IMG/VR virus record: IMGVR_UViG_3300010354_000065
Span: 1-64,000 of that record
Direction: 5' to 3' (one strand)
Length of the DNA: 64,000 nucleotides
From: a virus
This document shows, piece by piece, positions 10,195 through 19,621 of this stretch. Under the pieces are notes generated by a model. That model saw only the letters and a program-made list of their open reading frames with translations. It made no database searches and had not been told where the DNA came from. The translations under genes were made by a program, and so were the position numbers. Position 1 is the stretch's first letter. Every line of letters begins with the position of its first letter.

Positions 10195-10931
10195 TTTTTT
10201 GTCAGCCCTATGTTTTCATGTTTTGATGGGATTGTATGGTGCCAAAAAACTATTTCACCTTTGGCTTCTTTTGGCATGTAACCGTTTACAAAATTCCATC
10301 TTGCATCATCTTTAAACACGTCTACTTTCACGTCCAACTTGTCTACTGTCATGAGCTTCCAAAAAGTGAATTGATCCCATTGAGCAAACGATTTCCGACA
10401 CTCTTCCTCCGGGTAAGGCCATGGCTCTTTTCTCTGTGCCTTATAGTCAACCCACCATCTTCTCATAAATTCTAAAGTTTTGGGATTAGATCTATACATG
10501 AAAAAACCACCATGATACAACATTCGTCCTTGAGGGATTGTTGTACCACCTGGCCACCTATCTTCCTTACCATTGTAGGGGCGTATTTTAGTTATCAATA
10601 TGTCACAATCTTCGGGCATCTCATCCCATATCTTTGATACATCCGAATGCATACACTCCATATCCGCATCAACATACACAGTCAAATTTGTGTAAGGAGT
10701 TTTTGATAACGCATATAGTTTAGTACGTACATGACTGGGAACATCTTCAAAGATGACAATATCAAAAGATGATCTATCAGCGTGTTTTTCTAGCTCCGTT
10801 GTAGTAAACAAGGTTACATGAGCTTCAGGATAGTTATCTTTTATAGTTGCAGCAAGAAAGTTTGCTGAATCCAAATATTCTTTTAGTTGCGAAGCAACAA
10901 TCAAAAAACCATTACGAAGATCCATTTTCAC
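10191..10931 (-). CDS. GT-A fold glycosyltransferase
   Basis: KLYALSKTPY, TVYVDAD (DxD), HGG, WDQF and RWN motifs. Confidence 0.75.
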   Translation of the reverse strand: MKMDLRNGFLIVASQLKEYLDSANFLAATIKDNYPEAHVTLFTTTELEKHADRSSFDIVIFEDVPSHVRTKLYALSKTPYTNLTVYVDADMECMHSDVSKIWDEMPEDCDILITKIRPYNGKEDRWPGGTTIPQGRMLYHGGFFMYRSNPKTLEFMRRWWVDYKAQRKEPWPYPEEECRKSFAQWDQFTFWKLMTVDKLDVKVDVFKDDARWNFVNGYMPKEAKGEIVFWHHTIPSKHENIGLTKK

Positions 10932-11380
10932 TCCGATGTAGTTGCTGCTTCTTTTTGTGCAACATCAAGAAGCAATGCTGATGCCCAAGCCATTGCTTCG
11001 ACGTCACTTTTTGACTTTCTGATCTTTGACTTCAACTGTCTGTTATCAGAATTTTTAATAGAATCAATCTCAAAAATTTTTAACTTAGCAGCAAACAGCT
11101 CTTCTTGTTGCTTACGTTGTTGTTTTGCTAGTTCTTCTTGATGTTTTCGATCTCTCTCTGCATTGATCTCTTGAATTTTCTTACGCGTGTTAGCTTCTAA
11201 TTGCTCGTCCGTAAACTTTGCCTTGATCTCAACAAGATCTGGATTTGTTACATCGGACTCCGATATTGTTGCTTGTGCAACACGGCCATCATCATAATGA
11301 AATTCAGCAGAGATGACAGTTCTTGCATTGTTAATCCAATGCGGATTTGCGATTGTACGTTTCATGCTGTTCTTACCCAA
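10928..11380 (-). CDS. Hypothetical protein (possible fibre chaperone)
   Basis: Coupled to the end of the 1796-aa repeat protein; helical C-terminal half. Confidence 0.5.
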   Translation of the reverse strand: MGKNSMKRTIANPHWINNARTVISAEFHYDDGRVAQATISESDVTNPDLVEIKAKFTDEQLEANTRKKIQEINAERDRKHQEELAKQQRKQQEELFAAKLKIFEIDSIKNSDNRQLKSKIRKSKSDVEAMAWASALLLDVAQKEAATTSE

Positions 11381-14300
11381 AGTTTAATTGATTGAATTGT
11401 CTCCGGAGTTGACATAATGGTCAACCCTGACCAGGCTGCTAGATATTGCCCTAATGCACTATTATATAGGCCAGTAAATAAAGAAGAAAACGAAGATACT
11501 GTACCTGTGAATGTTTTTGAGTATGATCCTGAAAAGCCAAGGATAGAAGTTCCTGTGTATGCGCCAGCGTAGTTTCCGGAATATGCCTGAGCGTACGTTG
11601 CTCCTGCATAAAGAGAGCTTGTAAACAACTTTCCATAAACACCAGCATATGTACCCGAGTATACATTAGTATACACTGGAAGTTGGTTATACAAGCCTGT
11701 AAAGAAATTTGAGAAGCTTCCGGTAAATAACCTACTATATGTGCTTGTGAACAAAGATCCAAAAGCCCCTGTAAACGCGCCGGTGAATTGTCCTACATAT
11801 GTACCACTAAATGCTCCGGTGAAATTTCTAGAGTACGCACCCGTATAGATTGACGTGTATCCCCCTGTAAATTGACCGGTGAAAGTCTGATTATAAGATC
11901 CACCAAACACACCGCTGAATACTTGATTAAAGGATCCAGCATAAACTCCTGTGAAAGTCTGGTTGAATATACCAGTATACGCGCCTGTAAAATTCTGGTT
12001 AAACACCCCTGTATATGCACCACTGAATGCACCAGTAAATGCTTGACTGTAAATTCCTGTATAATTACCAGTAAACGCTCCTGTATAGACTCCTGTAAAG
12101 AATCTACTAAACACCTGTGAATAAACACCAGTGAAAAAGCCCACATACCCTCCAGAAAACGCACCCGTATAATCAAAGGTGAAATTTCTTGAGAAGGCTT
12201 GGTTATAAACTCCTGTGAACGTTTGATTGAAAATACCTGTATAATTTCCAGAGAATGTGTTTGCGTATACGCCTGAATATATTCCAGTGAAGTTACCCTG
12301 ATAACTTCCTACATAAGCTCCAGCATACACACCAGTGAAAGCTCCAGTGTATCCTCCACTGAAAGCCCCCGTAAAGTTTCCTTGATATCCCCCTACAAAC
12401 ACTCCCGTGAAGGCTCCTGTGTATGCTCCAGCGTATGCTCCTGTAAATGAACCAAGATAACTTCCTGCATATGCGCCAGCGTATATGCCTGTAAAGGCAC
12501 CAGTGTACCCGCCTGAATAATTTCCTGTGAAGTTACCAGCGTACCCTCCAACATATGCGCCAGCATATATTCCTGTAAAGGCACCTGTGTATCCGCCTGA
12601 ATAATTTCCTGTAAAACTACCTTGATAGTTTCCTGCATATGCACCAGCATATATTCCTGTAAAGGCACCTGTGTATCCGCCTGAATAATTTCCTGTAAAA
12701 CTACCTTGATAGTTTCCTGCATATGCACCAGCGTATATCCCTGTAAAGGCACCAGTGTACCCGCCTGAATACGACCCGGTGAAAGAACCCTTATAACTTC
12801 CTGCATATGCACCAGCATATATTCCTGTAAACGACCCTACGTAACCACCCGAATAAATGCCTGTAAAGGTTTGTTGATACACTCCCGAATATAAACCAGT
12901 AAATGTTTGATTATATCCGCCAACGTATGCACCAGCGTACGAACCCACATATGACCCACTATACCCACCTGAATACGTACCGCTGAAAGCCTGTTGATAC
13001 ACACCTGCATATGTTCCTGTGAAATTACCAGCGTACCCACCTGAATATATTCCACTAAATGTTTGTGCGTAAGCTCCTGAATATATACCGGTAAAATATC
13101 CTATGTAACCACCTGAATACGTACCAGTGTAAACTCCAGCATAAATGCCTGTATAAGAACCTGTGTACGCACCTGTAAATGCTCTTGTATACCCACCAGA
13201 ATACGTACCAGTGAAATACCCTACGTAACCACCTGAGTAAATACCGGTAAAATATCCTATGTAACCACCAGAATATATTCCGGTGAATGCTCGAGTGTAT
13301 CCCCCAGAGTATAAACCAGTGAAGTACCCAACATAACTACCTAAGTACGTACCAGTGTAAACTCCGGCATAAATGCCTGTATAAGAACCTGTGTACGCAC
13401 CTGTAAATGCTCTTGTGTATCCACCTGAATATATTCCCGTGAATGTTTGGGCATACGCACCCGCGTAAGTTCCAGTAAAGTTACCTTGATATGATCCTGA
13501 GTAAAACCCTTGGTATGCCCCAGTGAATAATCTACTATACGTACCAGAATAACCACCAGTAAAGTTGCCTTGGTAATTTCCCACATACGACCCTGTAAAG
13601 AATCCAGCATAAACAGCTGTGTATGGTCCTACGAAAAGGTCAGAATATACGCCTGTATAAGATCCTGTCCACACTCTTGTCCAGCTTGACCCATATACAC
13701 CAATGTAGTTACCTGCATAGCTTCCGGAAAAAAATTGTCCTGTATAAGGATCTTGACGTGTTCGTGTATATGCTCCAGTAAATAGACGCGTGAAGGCTCC
13801 TTGATAATACCCAGTAAACCATGTTGCATAATAACCAACATAATATGCTGAATAATAACCAAGATATGATACGCCTGTCCACGGACTAGCAAAATAACGA
13901 GGTCGCGATCCCAAATAACCACCGGCGAAATACCCTATGTAACTACCTGCAAACGTTGGTGTGTAGGTGTTTTGATAGTTGCCTGCGTAAAATCCTTGGA
14001 AATTTCCTTGATACAATCCTGTAAAGACTCTTGAAAATCCTCGTGAGTATGTACCCGCATAAGCACCTGTAAACAGTCTACTGTATGTGCCAGAATATAT
14101 GCCAGTAAAGTTACCTTGATAGCTGCCTGAATAAAAACCAGCGTACGCACCTGTAAACAGTCTACTATATGTGCCAGAATATATGCCAGTGAAATACCCT
14201 ACATATCCTCCTGCATAAGCGCCGGTAAAGGTGTTGTTATACGCGCCAGAATATGTCCCAGCATAAGCGCCAGCATAGTATCCTGTGTAACCACCAGAGT

Positions 14301-16752
14301 ATGCACCCGTGAATGACTGCGCATACGCTCCTGCATATGCCCCAGTAAACGTTTGATTGTATGCGCCAGAATATGCACCGGTGAATGTTTGAGCATACGC
14401 ACCTGCATATGCACCAGTAAACGTTTGAGCATACGCTCCTGCATATATTCCCGTGAAAGTATTATTATATGAGCCAGAATATGTCCCAGCATAAGCGCCA
14501 GCATAATATCCCGTATAACCACCCGAATATACCCCAGTAAAGGTCTGTGCATATGCACCTGCATATCCACCTGTAAAGAAACCCACATAACCGCCGGTGT
14601 AAGCACCTGTAAATACACGGCTGTATACCCCAGCATATACACCGGTGAAATTACCTACGTAGAAACCAACGTATGCCCCCGTATACACACCTGTATATGT
14701 TCCCGAGTACGCGCCAGTATATGATCCAGAAAAAACTCGCGTGTATCCCCCTGAGTATGTTCCAGTAAATGATCCAACATACCCACCCGCATATGCGCCG
14801 GTAAACGTTTGATTGTATACGCCCGTATAGTTGCCTGTGTACGATCCCGTGAACAATCTACTATACGTACCAGCAAACGTTCCTGTAAATGTTTGGTTGT
14901 AGATACCAGTGTAGTTACCTGTGTAGCTACCAGTAAATAAACTACTATATGTACCAGCAAACGTTCCTGTAAATGTTTGGTTGTAGATACCTGTGTAGTT
15001 ACCCGTATACGAACCTGTAAACAATCTACTATACGTGCCAGCAAAATTTCCCGTAAACGTCTGATTGTAAATACCAGTGTAATTGCCTGTATAGCTACCT
15101 GTAAAGATCTGCGTGTATGTACCGGCAAATGTTCCTGTAAACGTCTGATTATAGACGCCGGTGTAGTTGCCGGTATAGGAGCCTGTAAATAAACTACTGT
15201 AAGTACCAACAAAACTACCAGTAAATGCTCGACTATACACACCTGTATAATTACCAGAAAATATAGTACTAAAGGTATTTAAAAATGTTCCTGTAAACGT
15301 TTGATTGTATATACCGGTGTAATTACCTGTATACGAACCTGTAAATAAACTACTGTATATGCTGGTGTAAGCCCCAGTGAAGAAACCTACATATCCACCA
15401 GTGTAAATTCCTGTGAACGCACCCGTATACCCACCGGTGAATTGACCGGTAAAGGCACCGGTGTAAGCTGCGGTAAATATCCTGCTATAAATTCCCGTAA
15501 ACGTTTGCGCATAAACACCACTGAAAGCACCAGTGAATCCACCTACATAATCTCCGCTGAAAGCCTGGTTGTATGTGCCCGCATATATCCCTGTAAACGC
15601 TCCTGTGAATTGTTGGTTGTATATACCTGTGTATATGCCTGTGAAATTGCCAACATATATCCCTGAATAAACACCCGAGAACTGTCCTGTATATGCTCCG
15701 GTGTATGTCCCTGAGAACGTTCCCGTATATCCGCCTGTGTATGCTCCTGTAAATGTTCCTGTGAAGCCTTGGTTATATGCGCCAGTATATGTTGTTGCAT
15801 ATTGTCCTGTAAATGTGCCTGTAAACTCGCTTGAATAAGCTCCGGTAAAGTTTGCAGAGAAGACATTGGTAAATTCACGTGAAAAAGTTGCACCATACGT
15901 TCCTGTGAAATCCCCAGTAAACTCACGAGAGAAAGCTTGTGTGTATGCACCAGTCCACGTAGCCGTGTAAGCTTGAGCGTTATAAGTTTGTGGTCTTATC
16001 TGTGAACGGGTATCATCAAACCCGCTTCCTGCCTGAACCCAAGTACCACCCGATGAAGGCATTGTTGTTGATAATTGATACGTACCAATACCCGTGCTTA
16101 CCATATAGTTTCGAGCGCGGTGAGTCAAAGACTGAATATTGGTATTTGACATCTCGCGCAAAGCACCAGAGTCCCATTTTAGTGGGCGTACAGATCCTCC
16201 TGAACCCTCAGAAGTTTTTTGCCAAAGAAAAGTCTCATTATCAAAATATGGTCGTTCAGTATTTTTTAACCGACCACGCGCTACCCAAGTACCTGTTGCT
16301 GGAGCCGTTGGCTGAAGAACATATGCTCCGACGCCTCCGTTAACAATGTAAGATACAGCTTTGGATATGATTGTGGTGTCGATGTCGGTGTTAGCCATTT
16401 GCTGAACACCATTCAAAGTACTATTCCAGCACACAGGACGAATCATTAACGGATCCGTTAGCGGACCACCGCCAGTTCTCTGATATATTGACGTATTTGA
16501 ATAAACTAGGTTTGCTTCGGATACTGGATGATCACCTATTTGTTGATCATAATAACTATCGGACCATGTTCCTATCAACGTTGAATTTGCTGGTATAAGA
16601 TCCCCAGGATTTTGAACAATTAATGATCCAATATCCTCTGACGAAGCAAAATCAGTACCAATAACATTGGACACAAGTCCGTCGATGTCCGTGTTAGACA
16701 TCTCCTGAAGACTGGACGTAGTTGTATTATAATAGAGCGGACGGAGCGGCAT
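11362..16752 (-). CDS. Giant (Y/F)-(T/S/A)-G-x tetrapeptide-repeat virion protein, 1796 aa
   Basis: About 1500 aa of aromatic-x-Gly-x repeats between an N-terminal RP..EM..DI repeat domain and a C-terminal LWVRTA. Confidence 0.8.
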   Translation of the reverse strand: MPLRPLYYNTTTSSLQEMSNTDIDGLVSNVIGTDFASSEDIGSLIVQNPGDLIPANSTLIGTWSDSYYDQQIGDHPVSEANLVYSNTSIYQRTGGGPLTDPLMIRPVCWNSTLNGVQQMANTDIDTTIISKAVSYIVNGGVGAYVLQPTAPATGTWVARGRLKNTERPYFDNETFLWQKTSEGSGGSVRPLKWDSGALREMSNTNIQSLTHRARNYMVSTGIGTYQLSTTMPSSGGTWVQAGSGFDDTRSQIRPQTYNAQAYTATWTGAYTQAFSREFTGDFTGTYGATFSREFTNVFSANFTGAYSSEFTGTFTGQYATTYTGAYNQGFTGTFTGAYTGGYTGTFSGTYTGAYTGQFSGVYSGIYVGNFTGIYTGIYNQQFTGAFTGIYAGTYNQAFSGDYVGGFTGAFSGVYAQTFTGIYSRIFTAAYTGAFTGQFTGGYTGAFTGIYTGGYVGFFTGAYTSIYSSLFTGSYTGNYTGIYNQTFTGTFLNTFSTIFSGNYTGVYSRAFTGSFVGTYSSLFTGSYTGNYTGVYNQTFTGTFAGTYTQIFTGSYTGNYTGIYNQTFTGNFAGTYSRLFTGSYTGNYTGIYNQTFTGTFAGTYSSLFTGSYTGNYTGIYNQTFTGTFAGTYSRLFTGSYTGNYTGVYNQTFTGAYAGGYVGSFTGTYSGGYTRVFSGSYTGAYSGTYTGVYTGAYVGFYVGNFTGVYAGVYSRVFTGAYTGGYVGFFTGGYAGAYAQTFTGVYSGGYTGYYAGAYAGTYSGSYNNTFTGIYAGAYAQTFTGAYAGAYAQTFTGAYSGAYNQTFTGAYAGAYAQSFTGAYSGGYTGYYAGAYAGTYSGAYNNTFTGAYAGGYVGYFTGIYSGTYSRLFTGAYAGFYSGSYQGNFTGIYSGTYSRLFTGAYAGTYSRGFSRVFTGLYQGNFQGFYAGNYQNTYTPTFAGSYIGYFAGGYLGSRPRYFASPWTGVSYLGYYSAYYVGYYATWFTGYYQGAFTRLFTGAYTRTRQDPYTGQFFSGSYAGNYIGVYGSSWTRVWTGSYTGVYSDLFVGPYTAVYAGFFTGSYVGNYQGNFTGGYSGTYSRLFTGAYQGFYSGSYQGNFTGTYAGAYAQTFTGIYSGGYTRAFTGAYTGSYTGIYAGVYTGTYLGSYVGYFTGLYSGGYTRAFTGIYSGGYIGYFTGIYSGGYVGYFTGTYSGGYTRAFTGAYTGSYTGIYAGVYTGTYSGGYIGYFTGIYSGAYAQTFSGIYSGGYAGNFTGTYAGVYQQAFSGTYSGGYSGSYVGSYAGAYVGGYNQTFTGLYSGVYQQTFTGIYSGGYVGSFTGIYAGAYAGSYKGSFTGSYSGGYTGAFTGIYAGAYAGNYQGSFTGNYSGGYTGAFTGIYAGAYAGNYQGSFTGNYSGGYTGAFTGIYAGAYVGGYAGNFTGNYSGGYTGAFTGIYAGAYAGSYLGSFTGAYAGAYTGAFTGVFVGGYQGNFTGAFSGGYTGAFTGVYAGAYVGSYQGNFTGIYSGVYANTFSGNYTGIFNQTFTGVYNQAFSRNFTFDYTGAFSGGYVGFFTGVYSQVFSRFFTGVYTGAFTGNYTGIYSQAFTGAFSGAYTGVFNQNFTGAYTGIFNQTFTGVYAGSFNQVFSGVFGGSYNQTFTGQFTGGYTSIYTGAYSRNFTGAFSGTYVGQFTGAFTGAFGSLFTSTYSRLFTGSFSNFFTGLYNQLPVYTNVYSGTYAGVYGKLFTSSLYAGATYAQAYSGNYAGAYTGTSILGFSGSYSKTFTGTVSSFSSLFTGLYNSALGQYLAAWSGLTIMSTPETIQSIKLWVRTA

Positions 16753-16758
16753 TTTGTA

Positions 16759-19620
16759 TCAAGCTGTTCTAACCCATAATGTATATGTAGTCGTTGTCGT
16801 AGTACCGGTTACCGTCAACCCCGAATATGCTCCTGTAAATAAACGTGTAAATGTGTTTGCATAGTTGCCACTGAAAGCTCCCGAGTAAGCTCCTGAATAG
16901 CTTCCTGTAAACTGTCCAGTATATACGCCAGTAAACACTCGCGAGTATATACCAGTGTATGATCCCGTAAACTGACCGGTATAAGTTCCGCTGAATACGT
17001 TAGAGTATATACCGGAAAATTGACCAGTGTATGCTCCTGTCCAAGTGTTCAAGAATCCGCCAGTATAGGCACCTGCATAGGTTCCCGAGAACGCTCCTGT
17101 ATATGTGCCTACGTATCCACCCGAAAAGCTTGCAGTGTATGATCCTGTAAAAGCTGTTGTATACCCACCAGTAAATTGACCAGTGAACGCTCCTGTATAG
17201 GTTCCGGAAAAGGTTGCTGTGTAAGAACCAGTAAATGATCCCGTATAGTTACCGGTAAACGAACCAGTAAAAAATCTTGAATAGGCGCCTGTATATGTTC
17301 CCGTATACCCACCCGTGTAAGCGCTTGTGTAGCCTCCGGAGAAAGCTCTAGTATATCCACCGCTGAAAGTTTGATTGTAGGCTCCACTAAACGTACCAAT
17401 ATAAGAAATGCTTGCGTACGGTCCTTGGTAACTTCCTGTAAAAAATCCCGAATACACGCCAGTGAATTGACCAGTATACGTGCTTGCATAATTAGCTGTG
17501 AAGTTGCCTACAAAATCTCCTGTAAATATTCTTGACCAACTGTTATTGTAAATTCCTGTGTATGAACCAGTGAATCCTCTTGTAAACTGATTGGAGTAGA
17601 ATCCTTGGTAGTTTTGCAAATATTCACCAGTAAAGCCTCTTGTAAAGCTTCCAGTGAAAAATCCTTGATAGGACCCTCCAAATGTGTTCTGTCGCGAACC
17701 ACCATACGTGTTCTGTCGCGAACCACCATAAGAGCCAGCATAAGCTTGTCCACCATAATAGCCTGTATAATACACAGCGTTATATGGGTTCTGATAACTT
17801 CCTACGTAGGCTCCTGCACCGGCATAATATCCAGTATAATACGTATTGTTGAAGGGGTTCAAATAAGAACCGGAATATATTGGTACCACATAGTTGCCTG
17901 TATACGATCCAGCGTACGTGCCAGTGTATGATCCAGCATATGTACCGGTATAATTTCCAGTAAACGTGCCACTGAACTCTCTTGAAAACGCTCGCGAATA
18001 CGTACCAACCCAGGCGCCGGTATACAATCCTGTGAATGCACCACTGAATCCACCCGAGTAAGTACCTGCATATATTCCCGAGTAAGCAGCTGCATAACTA
18101 CCTGTAAAACCGTTATTTGAAAAAACGCGTGAGAATGTAGGTGTTACAAGGCGTGAAAAAGCCTGGTTATAGACGCCAGTAAAAAAGTTTGAGTAGCTTC
18201 CTGCGTATGATCCTGTCCACACCGTACCAAACGCTCTTTGAAAGGCACCAGTAAAAAATCCTACATAACCTCCTGTGAAAGCCTGGTTGTAGGATCCCGC
18301 AAACGTTTGATTATATGCACCAGCAAATACTGAACCTTGGTAAGACCCAGAATATGTTGCAGTAAAGTTCTGATTATACGTACCAGCAAACGTTTGATTA
18401 TACGCACCAGCAAACGCCGAGCCTTGAAAAGATCCAGCGAAAACTCTTGAGAAAGCTTGGTTATAGGTGCCAGCAAACGTTTGATTATATGCACCAGCAA
18501 ACGCTGAACCCTGATACGTTCCACCATACTGTCCCGTAAATAAACGAGAGTACGTACCTCCATATACCCCGGTATAAGCTCCTGAATATATGTTTTGATA
18601 TACACCGGTGAATGTTTGATTGAATCCACCCGTGAAATTGCCTACATATGGACCTGTAAATGCCTGATTATATGTGCCAGCGTATGCACCGGTAAATTTT
18701 GTAACGTCTAAGAAGTTACCTGTAAAGCCTTGGTTAAATGTACCTACATACGCTCCAGTAAACGCTTGAGTATATGCACCTGTAAACGCACCGGTAAATG
18801 TACCCAAATAACTACCAGCATATGCTGTATCAACCAGTCCGTTTGAAGTATCGGTAAACGTACCACGAGCTACCCATGTTCCCGGTGTTGGTGTAGTCGT
18901 AGATATTTGATATCTACCAATTCCTGAATTACTAATATAATCACGAATAGCCGGAAGCAGAGATTGTATTTCTGCATTTGTCATCTCCGTTAAGCTATTA
19001 GCAGCTCCTTTGAGAGGACGCTTTGTACCTGTACCTGTATTTGTAGTACGTTGATAAAGGTTGTATGTTGTAGTTAATGTTGTATTACTTACACTATCAA
19101 CATACGTATCTACGATAGAAGATTTAACAACCCAAGTACCAGTTCCTGGTGCTGTTGTTCCAAGCCAATATGCACCTTGAGCTCCTGCTGAAACTTCAGC
19201 AACTACTTTACTAAGGATGTCATCACGAATTTCGTTATTTGAAAACTGCTTTACTTGCTGCACACCACCTATGACCTCTACCTTAAGAGGCCGAGTCATC
19301 GCGTTGAAGTTAGTCGTTAGCGATGTATCTAAGTTTTGATATAGAGTCCACGTTGTTGATGAAGAAGTAACAGGATGTGTACCAATTGGAGGTAAACTTG
19401 TTGGATATACATCAACAACTGTACCGCCAGTGACATTGTTCCACGTTGGTGCTGTTGTTCTTAACTCAAGAACATTACCATAACCAGAGACGTTTGAAGA
19501 ACTATAAAATTGATCAGTTATTAACGGAACGATATGATTGAGGATGTCTGCATCAGACATCTCTTGTACACCATCGCTCGTACTCGCCGTAACATATCTT
19601 GCTCTAAGTGGTCTTGCCAT
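16759..19620 (-). CDS. Paralogous (Y/F)-(T/S/A)-G-x repeat protein, 953 aa
   Basis: Same N-terminal domain architecture, repeat type and LWVRTA C-terminus as the 1796-aa ORF. Confidence 0.8.
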   Translation of the reverse strand: MARPLRARYVTASTSDGVQEMSDADILNHIVPLITDQFYSSSNVSGYGNVLELRTTAPTWNNVTGGTVVDVYPTSLPPIGTHPVTSSSTTWTLYQNLDTSLTTNFNAMTRPLKVEVIGGVQQVKQFSNNEIRDDILSKVVAEVSAGAQGAYWLGTTAPGTGTWVVKSSIVDTYVDSVSNTTLTTTYNLYQRTTNTGTGTKRPLKGAANSLTEMTNAEIQSLLPAIRDYISNSGIGRYQISTTTPTPGTWVARGTFTDTSNGLVDTAYAGSYLGTFTGAFTGAYTQAFTGAYVGTFNQGFTGNFLDVTKFTGAYAGTYNQAFTGPYVGNFTGGFNQTFTGVYQNIYSGAYTGVYGGTYSRLFTGQYGGTYQGSAFAGAYNQTFAGTYNQAFSRVFAGSFQGSAFAGAYNQTFAGTYNQNFTATYSGSYQGSVFAGAYNQTFAGSYNQAFTGGYVGFFTGAFQRAFGTVWTGSYAGSYSNFFTGVYNQAFSRLVTPTFSRVFSNNGFTGSYAAAYSGIYAGTYSGGFSGAFTGLYTGAWVGTYSRAFSREFSGTFTGNYTGTYAGSYTGTYAGSYTGNYVVPIYSGSYLNPFNNTYYTGYYAGAGAYVGSYQNPYNAVYYTGYYGGQAYAGSYGGSRQNTYGGSRQNTFGGSYQGFFTGSFTRGFTGEYLQNYQGFYSNQFTRGFTGSYTGIYNNSWSRIFTGDFVGNFTANYASTYTGQFTGVYSGFFTGSYQGPYASISYIGTFSGAYNQTFSGGYTRAFSGGYTSAYTGGYTGTYTGAYSRFFTGSFTGNYTGSFTGSYTATFSGTYTGAFTGQFTGGYTTAFTGSYTASFSGGYVGTYTGAFSGTYAGAYTGGFLNTWTGAYTGQFSGIYSNVFSGTYTGQFTGSYTGIYSRVFTGVYTGQFTGSYSGAYSGAFSGNYANTFTRLFTGAYSGLTVTGTTTTTTYTLWVRTA

Positions 19621-19621
19621 C

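Noticed and set aside
11430-15990. Ice-nucleation protein or CRISPR/DGR interpretation of the repeats
   Set aside because: The period is 4/12/28 aa without the AGYGST 16-mer. Repeats are in-frame and degenerate with no spacers, and no reverse transcriptase or cas gene is in the window.
11451-18629. Many 70-195 aa alternative-frame ORFs inside the aromatic-x-Gly genes (also 34124..35008)
   Set aside because: By-products of the 12-nt periodic codon pattern; no SD or recognisable protein features.
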